A stretch of DNA of 64,000 bases from a phage, in sequence record PZ445443.1; one strand, 5' to 3'. Of this stretch, positions 9,426-18,881 are shown in pieces (within the stretch, counting starts at the first letter, position 1; each line of letters starts with the position of its first letter). The translations under genes and the position numbers were made by a program. Below the pieces are notes generated by a model, which did not search any database, was not told the origin of the DNA, and worked only from the letters and a program-made list of their open reading frames with translations.

Positions 9426-10049
9426 ATGACCACCGTTAACATTACCGCAGGTTACAATTTATCTTTCGACGTGCTGACCGACGAACAAAAAGAAAAAGCC
9501 GTTGAAATGGTCCGCGAAAGAGAAGAACACAGCGGGGATAACTTTTTTGCAGAAAGTGTAATTGAATACTATAAAGAATATGTTTTTCCAGAGTATGGCC
9601 TTGAAGATACCGAAGTACATTGGTCAGGCTTTTGGTGCCAGGGTGACGGCGCGTCAATCAGTGCTGAAAACGTGGATTTAGAAAAATTTTTGCGTAAAGT
9701 AAAGGCCCTGACCAAGTTCCGATCAATTCGTCACTTGTTCGGCACAATGCACGATGGCGAGTTATCAGCCAGTGTTGAACGCGACAAGTACAGCCATTAC
9801 AGCCATGAAAACACTGTAAGCGGGTACATTGATACCACTTGGCTAGATCTGACCGCCAAACAAGAAAACAAAGTTGAAGAGCTGGAAGAGCTGATCACCG
9901 AGACGGTACGGGAGCTATCCCGCAAGGTTTACGTAGACCTGGAGGAGGCCTATCTTGAACAGTTTACTACCGAAAACCTGATCGGCCTTATTGAAGCCAA
10001 TGATTGGCGGTTTGATGTGGATGAATATGGGGAGATGAGTTTTTCATAA
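9426..10049 (+). CDS. hypothetical protein
   Basis: ATG with TAGGAGAA RBS; 207 aa, acidic. Confidence 0.6.
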   Translation: MTTVNITAGYNLSFDVLTDEQKEKAVEMVREREEHSGDNFFAESVIEYYKEYVFPEYGLEDTEVHWSGFWCQGDGASISAENVDLEKFLRKVKALTKFRSIRHLFGTMHDGELSASVERDKYSHYSHENTVSGYIDTTWLDLTAKQENKVEELEELITETVRELSRKVYVDLEEAYLEQFTTENLIGLIEANDWRFDVDEYGEMSFS

Positions 10050-10138
10050 ATAAAGTGTTGCAATAATCTAAAAACCTGCTATATTAAAACTCAAGGGGCG
10101 AGATGACTTGCCCCACACAAAACAAAGAGGATAACATC

Positions 10139-10519
10139 ATGAAAAACACCACCAAGGCCATTGACACCGTTATGTTTAACCTGGTTACATTCCGTGAAGA
10201 TATGAAAGATCTTCCACGTGAAACAGTGTGCGACCATATCGAAAACTATCGCAAACTTATTAAAGAATTGCCATTGAAACGAGATCAGTACGCGGCTAAC
10301 GCCATGCTTAACGCCATGATCAAAAAGATGATTCAGTGTGATTTAACTCTGGCCTATGATTATGCAGGTGGTCGTTTTGCAGTATACAATCAGCCCGTGC
10401 CTGGTATGAGCACCACCGAAGAATTGCACGCGCTCAATCTAAAACAAGATGTGTGGGATAGTATGCCCCGCGTGGTGGTATGGGTAGAAAGCGGAAAGAT
10501 TTACGGCGATAATTTTTAA
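10139..10519 (+). CDS. hypothetical protein
   Basis: Track start 10103 trimmed to ATG 10139 with AGAGGA RBS. Confidence 0.55.
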   Translation: MKNTTKAIDTVMFNLVTFREDMKDLPRETVCDHIENYRKLIKELPLKRDQYAANAMLNAMIKKMIQCDLTLAYDYAGGRFAVYNQPVPGMSTTEELHALNLKQDVWDSMPRVVVWVESGKIYGDNF

Positions 10520-10528
10520 TCAGGTAAC

Positions 10529-10558
10529 AGGCGGCGGCATATTTGCCGCCTTATTGTT
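10529..10558 (+). terminator. intrinsic terminator
   Basis: GGCGGCGGC-atattt-GCCGCC hairpin followed by TTATTGTT. Confidence 0.55.
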
Positions 10559-10586
10559 AATCAGAACTGTAAAAGAGGTACATAGA

Positions 10587-10958
10587 ATGGAATTTATCAT
10601 TTTGGCTATATTAGTTGCCTTGTTTAACGCCTGGATCGCTGGCAAGATGGGTAGATCCGCCTTTTTATGGTTTATTATATCTATCTTCCTGGGAGTGGTT
10701 GCAACTATTGTATTGGTTATCCTTGCAATTGTTGACAAGGGGAATAATAGAAAGGGTAAAGTATTTTCAGACCTGTACGACGCTCAAACGTTTGTCAACG
10801 CCTATTATAGTGATCTTCCAGTCTCCCTACGTTGCAGCCTTGCACAACAGGTTTTCGATGAAGCTAAAACCAGAGATCACGCCCATGAGATTTGTTTAAC
10901 TGAGGCGGATCGCCTATTTGAGAGGAATAGAAAATATGTGGACCAGCCGTTTAAATAA
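10587..10958 (+). CDS. membrane protein (two predicted TM helices)
   Basis: ATG 10587 with AAGAGG RBS; hydrophobic N-terminal half. Confidence 0.55.
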   Translation: MEFIILAILVALFNAWIAGKMGRSAFLWFIISIFLGVVATIVLVILAIVDKGNNRKGKVFSDLYDAQTFVNAYYSDLPVSLRCSLAQQVFDEAKTRDHAHEICLTEADRLFERNRKYVDQPFK

Positions 10959-11177
10959 TGCCACGTTAATTAACCCCTTTAGTGAAGATTTGAAGCCAGC
11001 CGCCTGGCGTGATGGATTCAATAACGAAAGCTTTATTTTCAGGCCTGATCTTAAGGAATTTTATAACAATGGATCGAACAACGACAGAGATAATTTTTCT
11101 TGTAATGTGCGTGGTGATAATACTCCTGGGGGCCATTGCAAACCACGTCACTGCTAACAGGAGGGAAGGGGGAGACG

Positions 11178-11297
11178 ATGACACCCAAGGATAAGCCCCG
11201 CACCGATAAGGCGCGCCGTGTTATGGTATGGCTTGAGATCATCGCCCTTGAAATATTGTTAGGCGTAGGGATGTATTTTATCGCTGTAAGTAACTGA
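11178..11297 (+). CDS. small membrane peptide (39 aa)
   Basis: ATG with GAAGGGGGAG RBS; hydrophobic core; not in ORF track (<60 aa); followed by strong terminator. Confidence 0.3.
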   Translation: MTPKDKPRTDKARRVMVWLEIIALEILLGVGMYFIAVSN

Positions 11298-11301
11298 TAA
11301 C

Positions 11302-11340
11302 GGCCCCCGATCCCTGGGGGCCTAACTTTTTAATTTTTTT
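11302..11340 (+). terminator. intrinsic terminator
   Basis: GGCCCCC-gatccct-GGGGGCC hairpin followed by T-rich run. Confidence 0.65.
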
Positions 11341-11439
11341 TCTCCCTGGGTGTTGCAATCCGATCCAGAATATGGATAATAACAATCAACGGGGAGACAC
11401 TCCCCACCGCACAGACAAAGTTCCAAAAGGAGAAACAAA

Positions 11440-11640
11440 ATGAGCAATAATATCCGCGTTATTAACTTCAAAAAAGAAGAAAAAATTGCTGTACTGGTTG
11501 ATGGTCAAGAAATCTTCAAGGGCGATTATGAAGATCATCAAACGGCGATTAGTATCACTCGCGTGATTGGTTACCATAATTTCTACCCCCAAGGCGCTGA
11601 GGCAGCAGTTAAACGAATCAAAGAGATTGTAGGCCTGTAA
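11440..11640 (+). CDS. hypothetical protein
   Basis: ATG with AAAAGGAG RBS; 66 aa. Confidence 0.55.
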   Translation: MSNNIRVINFKKEEKIAVLVDGQEIFKGDYEDHQTAISITRVIGYHNFYPQGAEAAVKRIKEIVGL

Positions 11641-11690
11641 AATTTATTTTTAGATGGCCTTGACTCCAGGGCCATCAATAAAGTAAATTT
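11641..11690 (+). promoter_or_regulatory. repeated intergenic hairpin-promoter cassette, copy 3
   Basis: Same element as 7290 and 7921. Confidence 0.45.
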
Positions 11691-11733
11691 AAACCCTGTT
11701 AAAATACCACGCAGTTAACAAGGAGTGATAGAC

Positions 11734-12033
11734 ATGTTTATCCAGGCTAATAATCTTTATTTCTTTGATGGTCAGATCGTAGATGGTGTGGAAGTGGAGA
11801 TCACCGGGTGCCCTGGCGGTCAGGCTATGACTTTCCGGAATAATGCCTTTGATGATTCTCATATCGTTATGAAAATGGAAGTTACGAAGCTGGACGACAA
11901 GAAAGCACTCATTGACTATTCTGTGAAAGATCATCCAGACTACCACATGATCTATGGTGATTTGTGCATTGTTGACCGTGACAAGGTAGGCGGCATTGTG
12001 ATCGCTATTGTGAACGATGTTTTCTCAAACTAA
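11734..12033 (+). CDS. hypothetical protein
   Basis: Track start 11725 (GTG) trimmed to ATG 11734 with AGGAG RBS. Confidence 0.55.
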   Translation: MFIQANNLYFFDGQIVDGVEVEITGCPGGQAMTFRNNAFDDSHIVMKMEVTKLDDKKALIDYSVKDHPDYHMIYGDLCIVDRDKVGGIVIAIVNDVFSN

Positions 12034-12050
12034 TTTCAGCAGGTGATTTT

Positions 12051-12401
12051 ATGAAAGTCAAACTATATTACCTTAATGAGCTTAACCCCCTTGCCCAGGT
12101 CCGCGCCCTGGCTAATACCTTGATTTGTGAGAAATCTGTATATTGTGTTGAGCTTAACGCCATGCGTGAACGTCTCAAAGGTGGTTACTTTGACATCCAT
12201 GCTGCAATCAACGGCCTGAATATGGAATTTATACGCCTACGTAACAGCCGCCGGAATCTGGCAAGAATGGAACAAGATCCGGCCCACCTTCGTAAACTGG
12301 TTATTGAAAATCATCTGATGTTCAATGCCGAGGGTGATTATTACCATTTTAACCGCAAACGTTGGTACCGTGGCGGCAATACAGACAAGGATGCAAAATA
12401 A
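12051..12401 (+). CDS. hypothetical protein
   Basis: 116 aa ORF. Confidence 0.5.
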   Translation: MKVKLYYLNELNPLAQVRALANTLICEKSVYCVELNAMRERLKGGYFDIHAAINGLNMEFIRLRNSRRNLARMEQDPAHLRKLVIENHLMFNAEGDYYHFNRKRWYRGGNTDKDAK

Positions 12402-12436
12402 GGCCCCTAGCAGGGCCTGCAGCGATATAATCACAT

Positions 12437-12470
12437 AAAGGCCATGCAACCGCATGGCCTTTATTATTTT
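12437..12470 (+). terminator. intrinsic terminator
   Basis: AAAGGCCATGC-aacc-GCATGGCCTTT hairpin followed by ATTATTTT. Confidence 0.65.
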
Positions 12471-12605
12471 GGCGTTACAACGGCATACGGAGCGCTTAAA
12501 AATTTTTTAAATAAGTACTTGCATCATGTCCGACAATATGGATAATAAGAGTTGTCGAAGGGGCTATGCCTCCAATCATTAACCGGATAGATAGGAGTTA
12601 AAATC

Positions 12606-12890
12606 ATGGCTATTGTTACCGCTGGTGATGTAGTAGAAATGGAAGCAAAATACTTAAAAACTGGTATGCATATCCTACGCAACGATCTTGAACTGGTCCT
12701 GACAATGGTTGACTATAACCCAGGGCAAGATTATCCAAGTGTTGACTACTTTTTTGAGTATGTCGATGAAGAGCTAAAAGAGGATGAGGCCTACTGCGGA
12801 GAATTCTGCAACTACTTTTGCCCTGACGAGGTTGTAAAAGTTATCTACCAACCTGGCGTACCTTTCCCGCTACACGCTATCAATAAATAA
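12606..12890 (+). CDS. hypothetical acidic protein
   Basis: ATG with TAGGAG RBS; 94 aa. Confidence 0.55.
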   Translation: MAIVTAGDVVEMEAKYLKTGMHILRNDLELVLTMVDYNPGQDYPSVDYFFEYVDEELKEDEAYCGEFCNYFCPDEVVKVIYQPGVPFPLHAINK

Positions 12891-12945
12891 ACCTGGCGGG
12901 GCCGAAAAGGCCCCCAATTATGAAAATAAAGAGAGGCAAATCATC

Positions 12946-13179
12946 ATGATGGAACAAATTAAACGCGCCGAGGCTATTAATGGCAACGTGATCTATTTTG
13001 TCAGCAAAAACGAAAAAGGCGTACCCTATGCGGCGGTAATAGTACAGCCTGACGGCGATTATTGGTGCACTGTGTACGGCGCTTATTCTTTTGGGCGTCC
13101 AGTGCATGATAAAATTTTGAAAGTAGCGAACCCTACCGGGAAAAATATCACAGCAGAAAAATTTTTTGAAAATAGTTGA
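12946..13179 (+). CDS. hypothetical protein
   Basis: ATG with AGAGAGG RBS; 5' UTR has GGCGGGGCC-gaaaa-GGCCCCC hairpin. Confidence 0.5.
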   Translation: MMEQIKRAEAINGNVIYFVSKNEKGVPYAAVIVQPDGDYWCTVYGAYSFGRPVHDKILKVANPTGKNITAEKFFENS

Positions 13180-13256
13180 CACGACCATATAAGACTGTAG
13201 TATATAAATCAAAGGGGGGCAACAAGCCCCACCAACCACAAAGAGGATAAAAAATC

Positions 13257-13436
13257 ATGGCTATTATTGCAAAGACTGAGATCGTAGGCTTAGATTCTAT
13301 TCTTCTCGCATATGAGGAAGCTATAGAAATGTATGTGGTTTCCTATGGTGAATATATCCGTGAATATAAATCTATTGATCTAGCTTTTGAATGTTATATT
13401 CGCCAGGTCAATAAAGCATATGATGATTATCGTTAA
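13257..13436 (+). CDS. small hypothetical protein (59 aa)
   Basis: ATG with AAGAGGA RBS downstream of TTGACA promoter and GC hairpin; not in ORF track (<60 aa). Confidence 0.4.
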   Translation: MAIIAKTEIVGLDSILLAYEEAIEMYVVSYGEYIREYKSIDLAFECYIRQVNKAYDDYR

Positions 13437-13518
13437 AATAGTTTGACAACAGTCAACAATCTGGTAAAGTGTACTACATAGCGCGGGAATACTTCCCGCC
13501 ATTAATGAGGATAATTTA

Positions 13519-13656
13519 ATGAAAACTTTCAACGCAACAGTCTCGACAATTGGTTATATTATTACAGTACAAGCCGTGGATCTGGTAGCAGCAGCAAACA
13601 AGATTAAAAAGATGATTCCGCCAGGCAGTGAATTTTCCGTTTGGAAAGTAAAATAA
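13519..13656 (+). CDS. small hypothetical protein (45 aa)
   Basis: ATG with GAGGA RBS after promoter and CGGGAAtacTTCCCG hairpin; not in ORF track. Confidence 0.35.
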   Translation: MKTFNATVSTIGYIITVQAVDLVAAANKIKKMIPPGSEFSVWKVK

Positions 13657-13854
13657 ATCTTGACAATAGTTTATTACTTGATAGACTGTATTTCGTAGGG
13701 CGGGGCAATAAGGCAACGCCCATTAATGATGGTAGAATCATGTTAGATAAAATTTTCACGGTTGTAGTAGTTGGCCTGGCATTATAGGTTGGAGTGGTTG
13801 CAACTATGGCTAACATGATCCTATCTTCCCATGGTATCGGTTAAGGTGAATCAA

Positions 13855-14070
13855 ATGATCACGAATAAGACAGGTAAAACGGAATTCTTGCGCGGCTTGC
13901 AGATCGGCAAGCCAGAGATCTGGTATTGCACTAAAACACCACGTGACGAAATGAAAGACTTCACCGCCACGCTGCAACGGGTAAAGATATCCATCACGCA
14001 GAAAAAGGCCTTGATAGTGGTGGAAGGTGAGATCCCTCAAACCGTTGTTATAGTTGAGCGTACAGCATAG
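13855..14070 (+). CDS. hypothetical protein
   Basis: ATG 13855 with AAGGTG RBS (alternative in-frame ATG at 13831); TTGACA promoter at 13660. Confidence 0.45.
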   Translation: MITNKTGKTEFLRGLQIGKPEIWYCTKTPRDEMKDFTATLQRVKISITQKKALIVVEGEIPQTVVIVERTA

Positions 14071-14161
14071 TTTAATTTATAGCGATACCTGAAAATTAAC
14101 CAATAAATCATAAACAGGCGGTTACCGCCGCCTTAAACGTAGCAGAAAGAGGCTAGACACA

Positions 14162-14446
14162 ATGAAAAAGATGATCGCAGTAGTTGCCCTGGTTGTTGGA
14201 CTTAATGCACCTGTAATGGCTAAAGAGCTGGCAAAAGAGGTTAATCTAACGGATATCCATGCCGTCAATCAAATCGGGGTTACTTATCGCTTATGCCTTG
14301 CCGCTAAAACTTTTAATGACGGTACAACAGAGTACTACGGATTCGAAGGTATCCGGTGCGGTGAGCTTGCTCGCGACCTTAAGGAAGATCCAGACCTGGA
14401 AGATCTGCCCATCACCGTAAACGGTAAAGCTTACGTAAACCGTTAA
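14162..14446 (+). CDS. secreted/periplasmic protein (signal peptide)
   Basis: ATG with AAGAGG RBS; N-terminal MKKMIAVVALVVGLNAPVMA signal-like sequence. Confidence 0.55.
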   Translation: MKKMIAVVALVVGLNAPVMAKELAKEVNLTDIHAVNQIGVTYRLCLAAKTFNDGTTEYYGFEGIRCGELARDLKEDPDLEDLPITVNGKAYVNR

Positions 14447-14448
14447 CC

Positions 14449-14583
14449 ATGAGAAAGATAATCATCACCTTGGGGATTGTGGCGGGATCGCTGGCGCTCT
14501 TTCCCCTTATGGTTAGGTATGTGCTGATCAGTATTGTCCTGGTAGTCAGTGATCTATTGGAAACGGTTGGCACCTTGTTTTAA
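14449..14583 (+). CDS. small membrane peptide (44 aa)
   Basis: ATG 2 nt after upstream stop; hydrophobic; not in ORF track. Confidence 0.35.
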   Translation: MRKIIITLGIVAGSLALFPLMVRYVLISIVLVVSDLLETVGTLF

Positions 14584-14595
14584 AGAGCGGTAAAA

Positions 14596-14787
14596 ATGAA
14601 TATCGAACAAGTTAGAAAAGTATTAGCGGTACTGCGTTATCATAATCATAGAAAGGTCATAGACGATCCTGATTATGTTGATTCAAGCCTGGAAGGGGAT
14701 ACACTACAAGCTATAAGTAACATGCAAGAATTGCTAAAGCGCATGACAGAGAAAAACCGACCGGACTACATAGGCGAAAAAATATAA
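14596..14787 (+). CDS. hypothetical protein
   Basis: 63 aa ORF followed by terminator. Confidence 0.45.
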   Translation: MNIEQVRKVLAVLRYHNHRKVIDDPDYVDSSLEGDTLQAISNMQELLKRMTEKNRPDYIGEKI

Positions 14788-14802
14788 TATTTATAAACTA
14801 CA

Positions 14803-14832
14803 AAACAGGGCTTGCAATGGTCCTGTTTTTTG
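14803..14832 (+). terminator. intrinsic terminator
   Basis: CAGGGC-ttgcaatgg-TCCTG hairpin followed by TTTTTTGTT. Confidence 0.55.
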
Positions 14833-14915
14833 TTATACTTGTTTCACGGCAGGCACCTGGCGACGGGTGGAGACAATCACCGGGCCTGCCTGTCATATAA
14901 GAACTATAAAAACCG

Positions 14916-14944
14916 TTGACATCTGCCATGGGGTGGGGTAACAT
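14916..14944 (+). promoter_or_regulatory. sigma70-like promoter (TTGACA-17-TAACAT)
   Basis: Hexamers upstream of CDS 14999; 5' UTR hairpin GGGCA-aaag-TGCCC. Confidence 0.5.
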
Positions 14945-14998
14945 TTATCTTGAAGGGGCAAAAGTGCCCACACAACAACCAGGAGAGAGGAAAACACT

Positions 14999-15271
14999 AT
15001 GTCAAGCTGGATTAATCAAGAAGTCGAATCACGTTTTAATGCTATTTGGGATCTCATCGAAAAAGAGGACGGAACATCAAGCCCCTACCTCAACAATTTG
15101 GAATTCCATTTTGTGGAAGCGATGAACGCAGAACATGATCACGAAGGTGGCGCGGATGAGTTCGCTAAAGGTTATGGCTTTAACAATGCCAACGAAATGA
15201 TCGAGGCGGTAGTACTCCAGGCTGAGGAAGATTATCAATTAAAAACGCTTGAATTCTGCCGCCATAAGTAA
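14999..15271 (+). CDS. hypothetical acidic protein
   Basis: ATG with AGGAGAGAGG RBS; 90 aa. Confidence 0.55.
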   Translation: MSSWINQEVESRFNAIWDLIEKEDGTSSPYLNNLEFHFVEAMNAEHDHEGGADEFAKGYGFNNANEMIEAVVLQAEEDYQLKTLEFCRHK

Positions 15272-15331
15272 TAAGATAATGACACGGGCCAAAAGGCCCA
15301 CTAATCAGAACCGCACAAAGAGGTAAACATC

Positions 15332-15595
15332 ATGAAACGTCTTGACCAGCTCAAACTAGTTCAATATATGGCTTATCGTGTTCTTGAAGTCCAGAAAGGT
15401 AGCAAAAAAGAGGTTTGCGAGAAAGCTTATAAGATCTTTACCCGCAAAAAAGATGACTGGATGCTACGCCAGACCAAAAAAGCCGATATACTGGGGTACC
15501 TGGAAGAAGAGATCCGCCTTGAAGAACAAGAAGAGATCCGCCGTAGTGAGGCAGATTATCAGGCAGCTTGGGAAAACTGGATGAGCAACAAATAA
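15332..15595 (+). CDS. hypothetical protein
   Basis: ATG with AAGAGG RBS; K/E-rich 87 aa. Confidence 0.55.
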   Translation: MKRLDQLKLVQYMAYRVLEVQKGSKKEVCEKAYKIFTRKKDDWMLRQTKKADILGYLEEEIRLEEQEEIRRSEADYQAAWENWMSNK

Positions 15596-15663
15596 TACAA
15601 CAAGTTACATGGTCAGGGGGGCAATAAAGCCCCTTGATCGCATGAAAATTATGCTATCTCTGG

Positions 15664-15692
15664 TTGACAGGGATCGGCAGTTTTGCTATATT
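15664..15692 (+). promoter_or_regulatory. sigma70-like promoter (TTGACA-17-TATATT)
   Basis: Hexamers upstream of CDS 15742. Confidence 0.5.
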
Positions 15693-15741
15693 CTTTTTTA
15701 AAGGGAAGTTGTAAGAAAATTAACTAAGAGGTAAAAACACC

Positions 15742-16161
15742 ATGAATATTAAATCTGATAATCCGGCATATAGCTTTGATAACGCTTTTTGTCACGGTCC
15801 GGCGGCGAAAGGTTTTGAAATTGATGGTAAACTAGTTATTGTCAATGTTGACGGGGAAGAGGTTGCAGTGTATCCGGTGGCAGACGTTAAAAGCCGTTTA
15901 CAATGCCGCATCGATGTTACCGCATATCAGCTTGATCCGGTCCGCGTAGTCTCCCTGGTCCTGGAGGAAGAAATCAAAGCAATGCACCACAGCAATAAGT
16001 TTATCGGTGACGCGCAAGATAATATGAAGGTATGCCGCTATAAAGTTAATGAAGTGCTTAAAGAATATGGATTTAAGGATCTGATGATCAAACGTGATGA
16101 AAAATTTCGTTATCGTAACGACCTGGCAAATCGAATCTATGAAATATACGAATCATTATAA
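15742..16161 (+). CDS. hypothetical protein
   Basis: ATG with AAGAGG RBS; 139 aa. Confidence 0.6.
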   Translation: MNIKSDNPAYSFDNAFCHGPAAKGFEIDGKLVIVNVDGEEVAVYPVADVKSRLQCRIDVTAYQLDPVRVVSLVLEEEIKAMHHSNKFIGDAQDNMKVCRYKVNEVLKEYGFKDLMIKRDEKFRYRNDLANRIYEIYESL

Positions 16162-16179
16162 TTTTTTAACTGAATTATC

Positions 16180-16206
16180 AAGGGGCTTAGGCCCCTTTCT
16201 TTTTGT
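16180..16206 (+). terminator. intrinsic terminator
   Basis: AAGGGGC-tta-GGCCCCTT hairpin followed by TCTTTTTGT. Confidence 0.65.
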
Positions 16207-18665
16207 CTGCTCTTCCCCTACCATAAACGGCCATACATGGCAAGTGGAATAATTGACGAGCCATCAATCCCACACACTGTACAAATATACATGTAAAATA
16301 ACTATTGCATAACTTTTCATTGTGTGGTAGCAGGGCCATTTTTACACGTTTTTCCTTCCAAAATTGCACGTAATGCAGCATTTGCACAAAATTTAACCTG
16401 ATGCATATCTTCAATAGCTTGTCAACAACTAAAAATCTTTATAAGTCATACACTTACATAACTACAAAAGCGTTTTCTACGTGAAAAATCGAGTATAACT
16501 ATAGCCGCCAGACCTCAGAATTTACGTACGCTCGACATTCTATAGCCTGCTAAGCATTTATTCCAACCATAGAATAACGGAATAGTCAATACCTGCATAA
16601 AATAATTATTCGTGTAAACTGCATAACATAAATCGGCCCAGGTGTCAACATTTTTCGTAAACAGTCCGAAATTATCACTATGAGTTATCATAAACAGGGA
16701 AATCTTTAGTCGTCTAATGTTTACTGTACATTACTATACTGACTGGAATCATTAGATGACTAAGAGAAAGATAAGAAATAATTAACAATACAATTATTTT
16801 ATCTGTAACAATAAGGCAACTATGCAAACGAATGGCATGGCGCGACGGAGTCGCGACATAATATAAAAGCAGTAACCATCACCCCCGTGATAGTTTGTCT
16901 GCAAACTATTAATCAGATCATAGTTGCCTTGTATTTAGTTAATCATGACATAACAAGCAAGGCAACTATAGATCTGCTAATAGTTGCCCTGCTTTTATAT
17001 TATGTCATAGAAACACCCGAAGGGGTGACCAAAGGTCACCTGGCATGGCCAGTGAAAGATTATTAACTTGCTAATAGTTATCATGCAAACGAATGGCATG
17101 GCTGATTATCGGTGTGTAAACAGTCAATCATGTAAATGGTTAGCATGTGAACAATCAGGAATGTAAACAATCCAGTGTGTAAACTAATAGGTGTGTAAAA
17201 GTGTCATGTTGTGTCAGTTAGGTCACATTATGTCATATTGTGTCAGACAAGTTTTTCTCCTCTTTGTCAAGTGCTGCATGAAAAATTTACAATCTGGTAT
17301 GGTAGCATTTTTGCGGCCCTGTTTACATTCAGGGGTGTATGTATAATCCTTGTTGTGTGGGCGTTTAGACGTCTGGACGGTCAGAAGTCTGCAGGTTAAT
17401 ATCTAATCTATTGGCTGCTAACTATATCCCACACAAATAGTAAGAAATATGATTGTTATATGCGTAAACTGTAACTCATGTTATCAATCCCTGTATGTAT
17501 CGCCAGTGGTGCGCATAATGGGTATTATGTTAAATTGCCCGTAATGATAAAGGTTCTCACAATGATAGGTATTCTCATTCACCCCCACAAAATAGATTGC
17601 AAATGTTGTGCCACTGTGTGAACGGCCTAGCCTATTAATTTGCCTCACTGCCTCGATATTTGAGAATTGTTATAAGAATGAGAAGTATTCCCATTTCGTC
17701 CGCCTGGCAGCACTCCTGTAGGTCAGGTCAAAATCGTGGTAGAACTGGACCTGTTCAGATATTTCTGGCTGACTCTTCAGGTCTGTGTGGGAAAAGCCAA
17801 CCTCTCCGGCGGGGCAGGGGATAGGTCAATTAAAAAATTTACGTGGTGTATGAAGCGCTCTTCAGGTAAGGCAGGTATTATGGGATGAAACCCTCTTCAG
17901 GCAATGATATTTGTGGGTGTGATATTTGCTGGAAAGCCAGATATGACGGGACTCCCGGCGGGGCAGGGGTGGTACAGACAGGGAAAATATGAAGGATGTG
18001 GTTGGGTAGATTGATCAGACAGGTAGAGTATGGAATATGTTACAAGTATGTTAAATATGGAGGTTGAATATCTGTAGGATTTGTGTGTAAAATCAAAGAC
18101 TTAAGTGGTGTTGTGGTATTTTCTATAAATAATTCAAGTTTAATAGGTGATATTTGTCTCTATCCGCTTTGTGTGGTAAACAGATTCAGATGAGATTGGT
18201 TTACAAGTGTATACATAATATACAAATTAAAGATACAAGAAACCCCCCTCCCCCTTCGGCTACCATTCACCTTTTCCTCTGACTGGTACTTAAACACTTA
18301 TTCAGACTCTTCAGGTTATCACCTATATATCATATGGCAGTGACTGGTGTCCTCCGGCCCCTCTTTCGTCACCCGTCCGCTTCGCCATGCTAATGCCATA
18401 GCCAATGGTTCGGTTGTTCACCCTGTTCACTCAGGTGTATCTCCATACCCCTTCAAACCGAAGAGAACAGAAAACCCGAATTACTCGGTAAAAGAAAAGA
18501 GAAGAACTTAATTTTATCAGGATAGGCAAGAATGTCAAGGCATGACTGCTCACTAAACAAGCAAACAGTCATGTGTGGGAGGTAAGTGATTGTGGTGGTA
18601 GGAAATTTAGTTGAAAGATGTGTTATAGGTGCTTCCAGCACTTTAGCCGGGCAGCTAATTGTGTG
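16207..18665. other. 2.5 kb ORF-free repeat-dense region between convergent gene blocks (candidate origin, packaging/injection-control region or ncRNA locus)
   Basis: No credible ORF with RBS; 20-bp direct repeat ATGCAAACGAATGGCATGGC (16822, 17083); TAGTTGCC iteron-like motifs; palindromes CGCGACGGAGTCGCG and GGTGACCaaaGGTCACC; GTGTGTAAAC run about 17120-17200; CTC(C/T)CGGCGGGGCAGGGG twice (17802, 17952); CTCTTCAGG 5-6 times. Confidence 0.6.
18511..18539 (-). promoter_or_regulatory. sigma70-like promoter on minus strand (TTGACA-17-TAAAAT) firing into the ORF-free region
   Basis: Reverse complement of 18534-18539 is TTGACA, of 18511-18516 is TAAAAT, spacer 17 bp; no CDS downstream. Confidence 0.45.
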
Positions 18666-18881
18666 TCAGTCCAGCGGTTCATCCTCTACTTCACTGAAAT
18701 CAATGTTCATGGTCTCCTCCCAACCATCGATCTCAGCACAAGAGTGGAGTTCTTTAGGGTTTACTCCCAAAGCCTCAGCAACAGAGTCTATATTTAACAC
18801 CTCTGGCAGGTATGATTCATCAAATTCAAGGTAAATCAGGCCACGAGTGTTGTCAGCCCCACCAAATATTTCTATCTTCAT
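18666..18881 (-). CDS. small acidic protein (MKIEI-start family)
   Basis: 71 aa ORF, acidic C-terminus. Confidence 0.5.
   Translation of the reverse strand: MKIEIFGGADNTRGLIYLEFDESYLPEVLNIDSVAEALGVNPKELHSCAEIDGWEETMNIDFSEVEDEPLD

Noticed and set aside
10918-11157. 79-aa N-rich ORF and overlapping 61-aa ORF at 11009..11194
   Set aside because: Low-complexity sequences with weak start context; the 39-aa membrane peptide at 11178..11297 has a better RBS. The region may hold other short genes not resolved here.
17211-17399. 62-aa ORF inside the large ORF-free region
   Set aside because: No RBS or promoter context; isolated in repeat-rich DNA.
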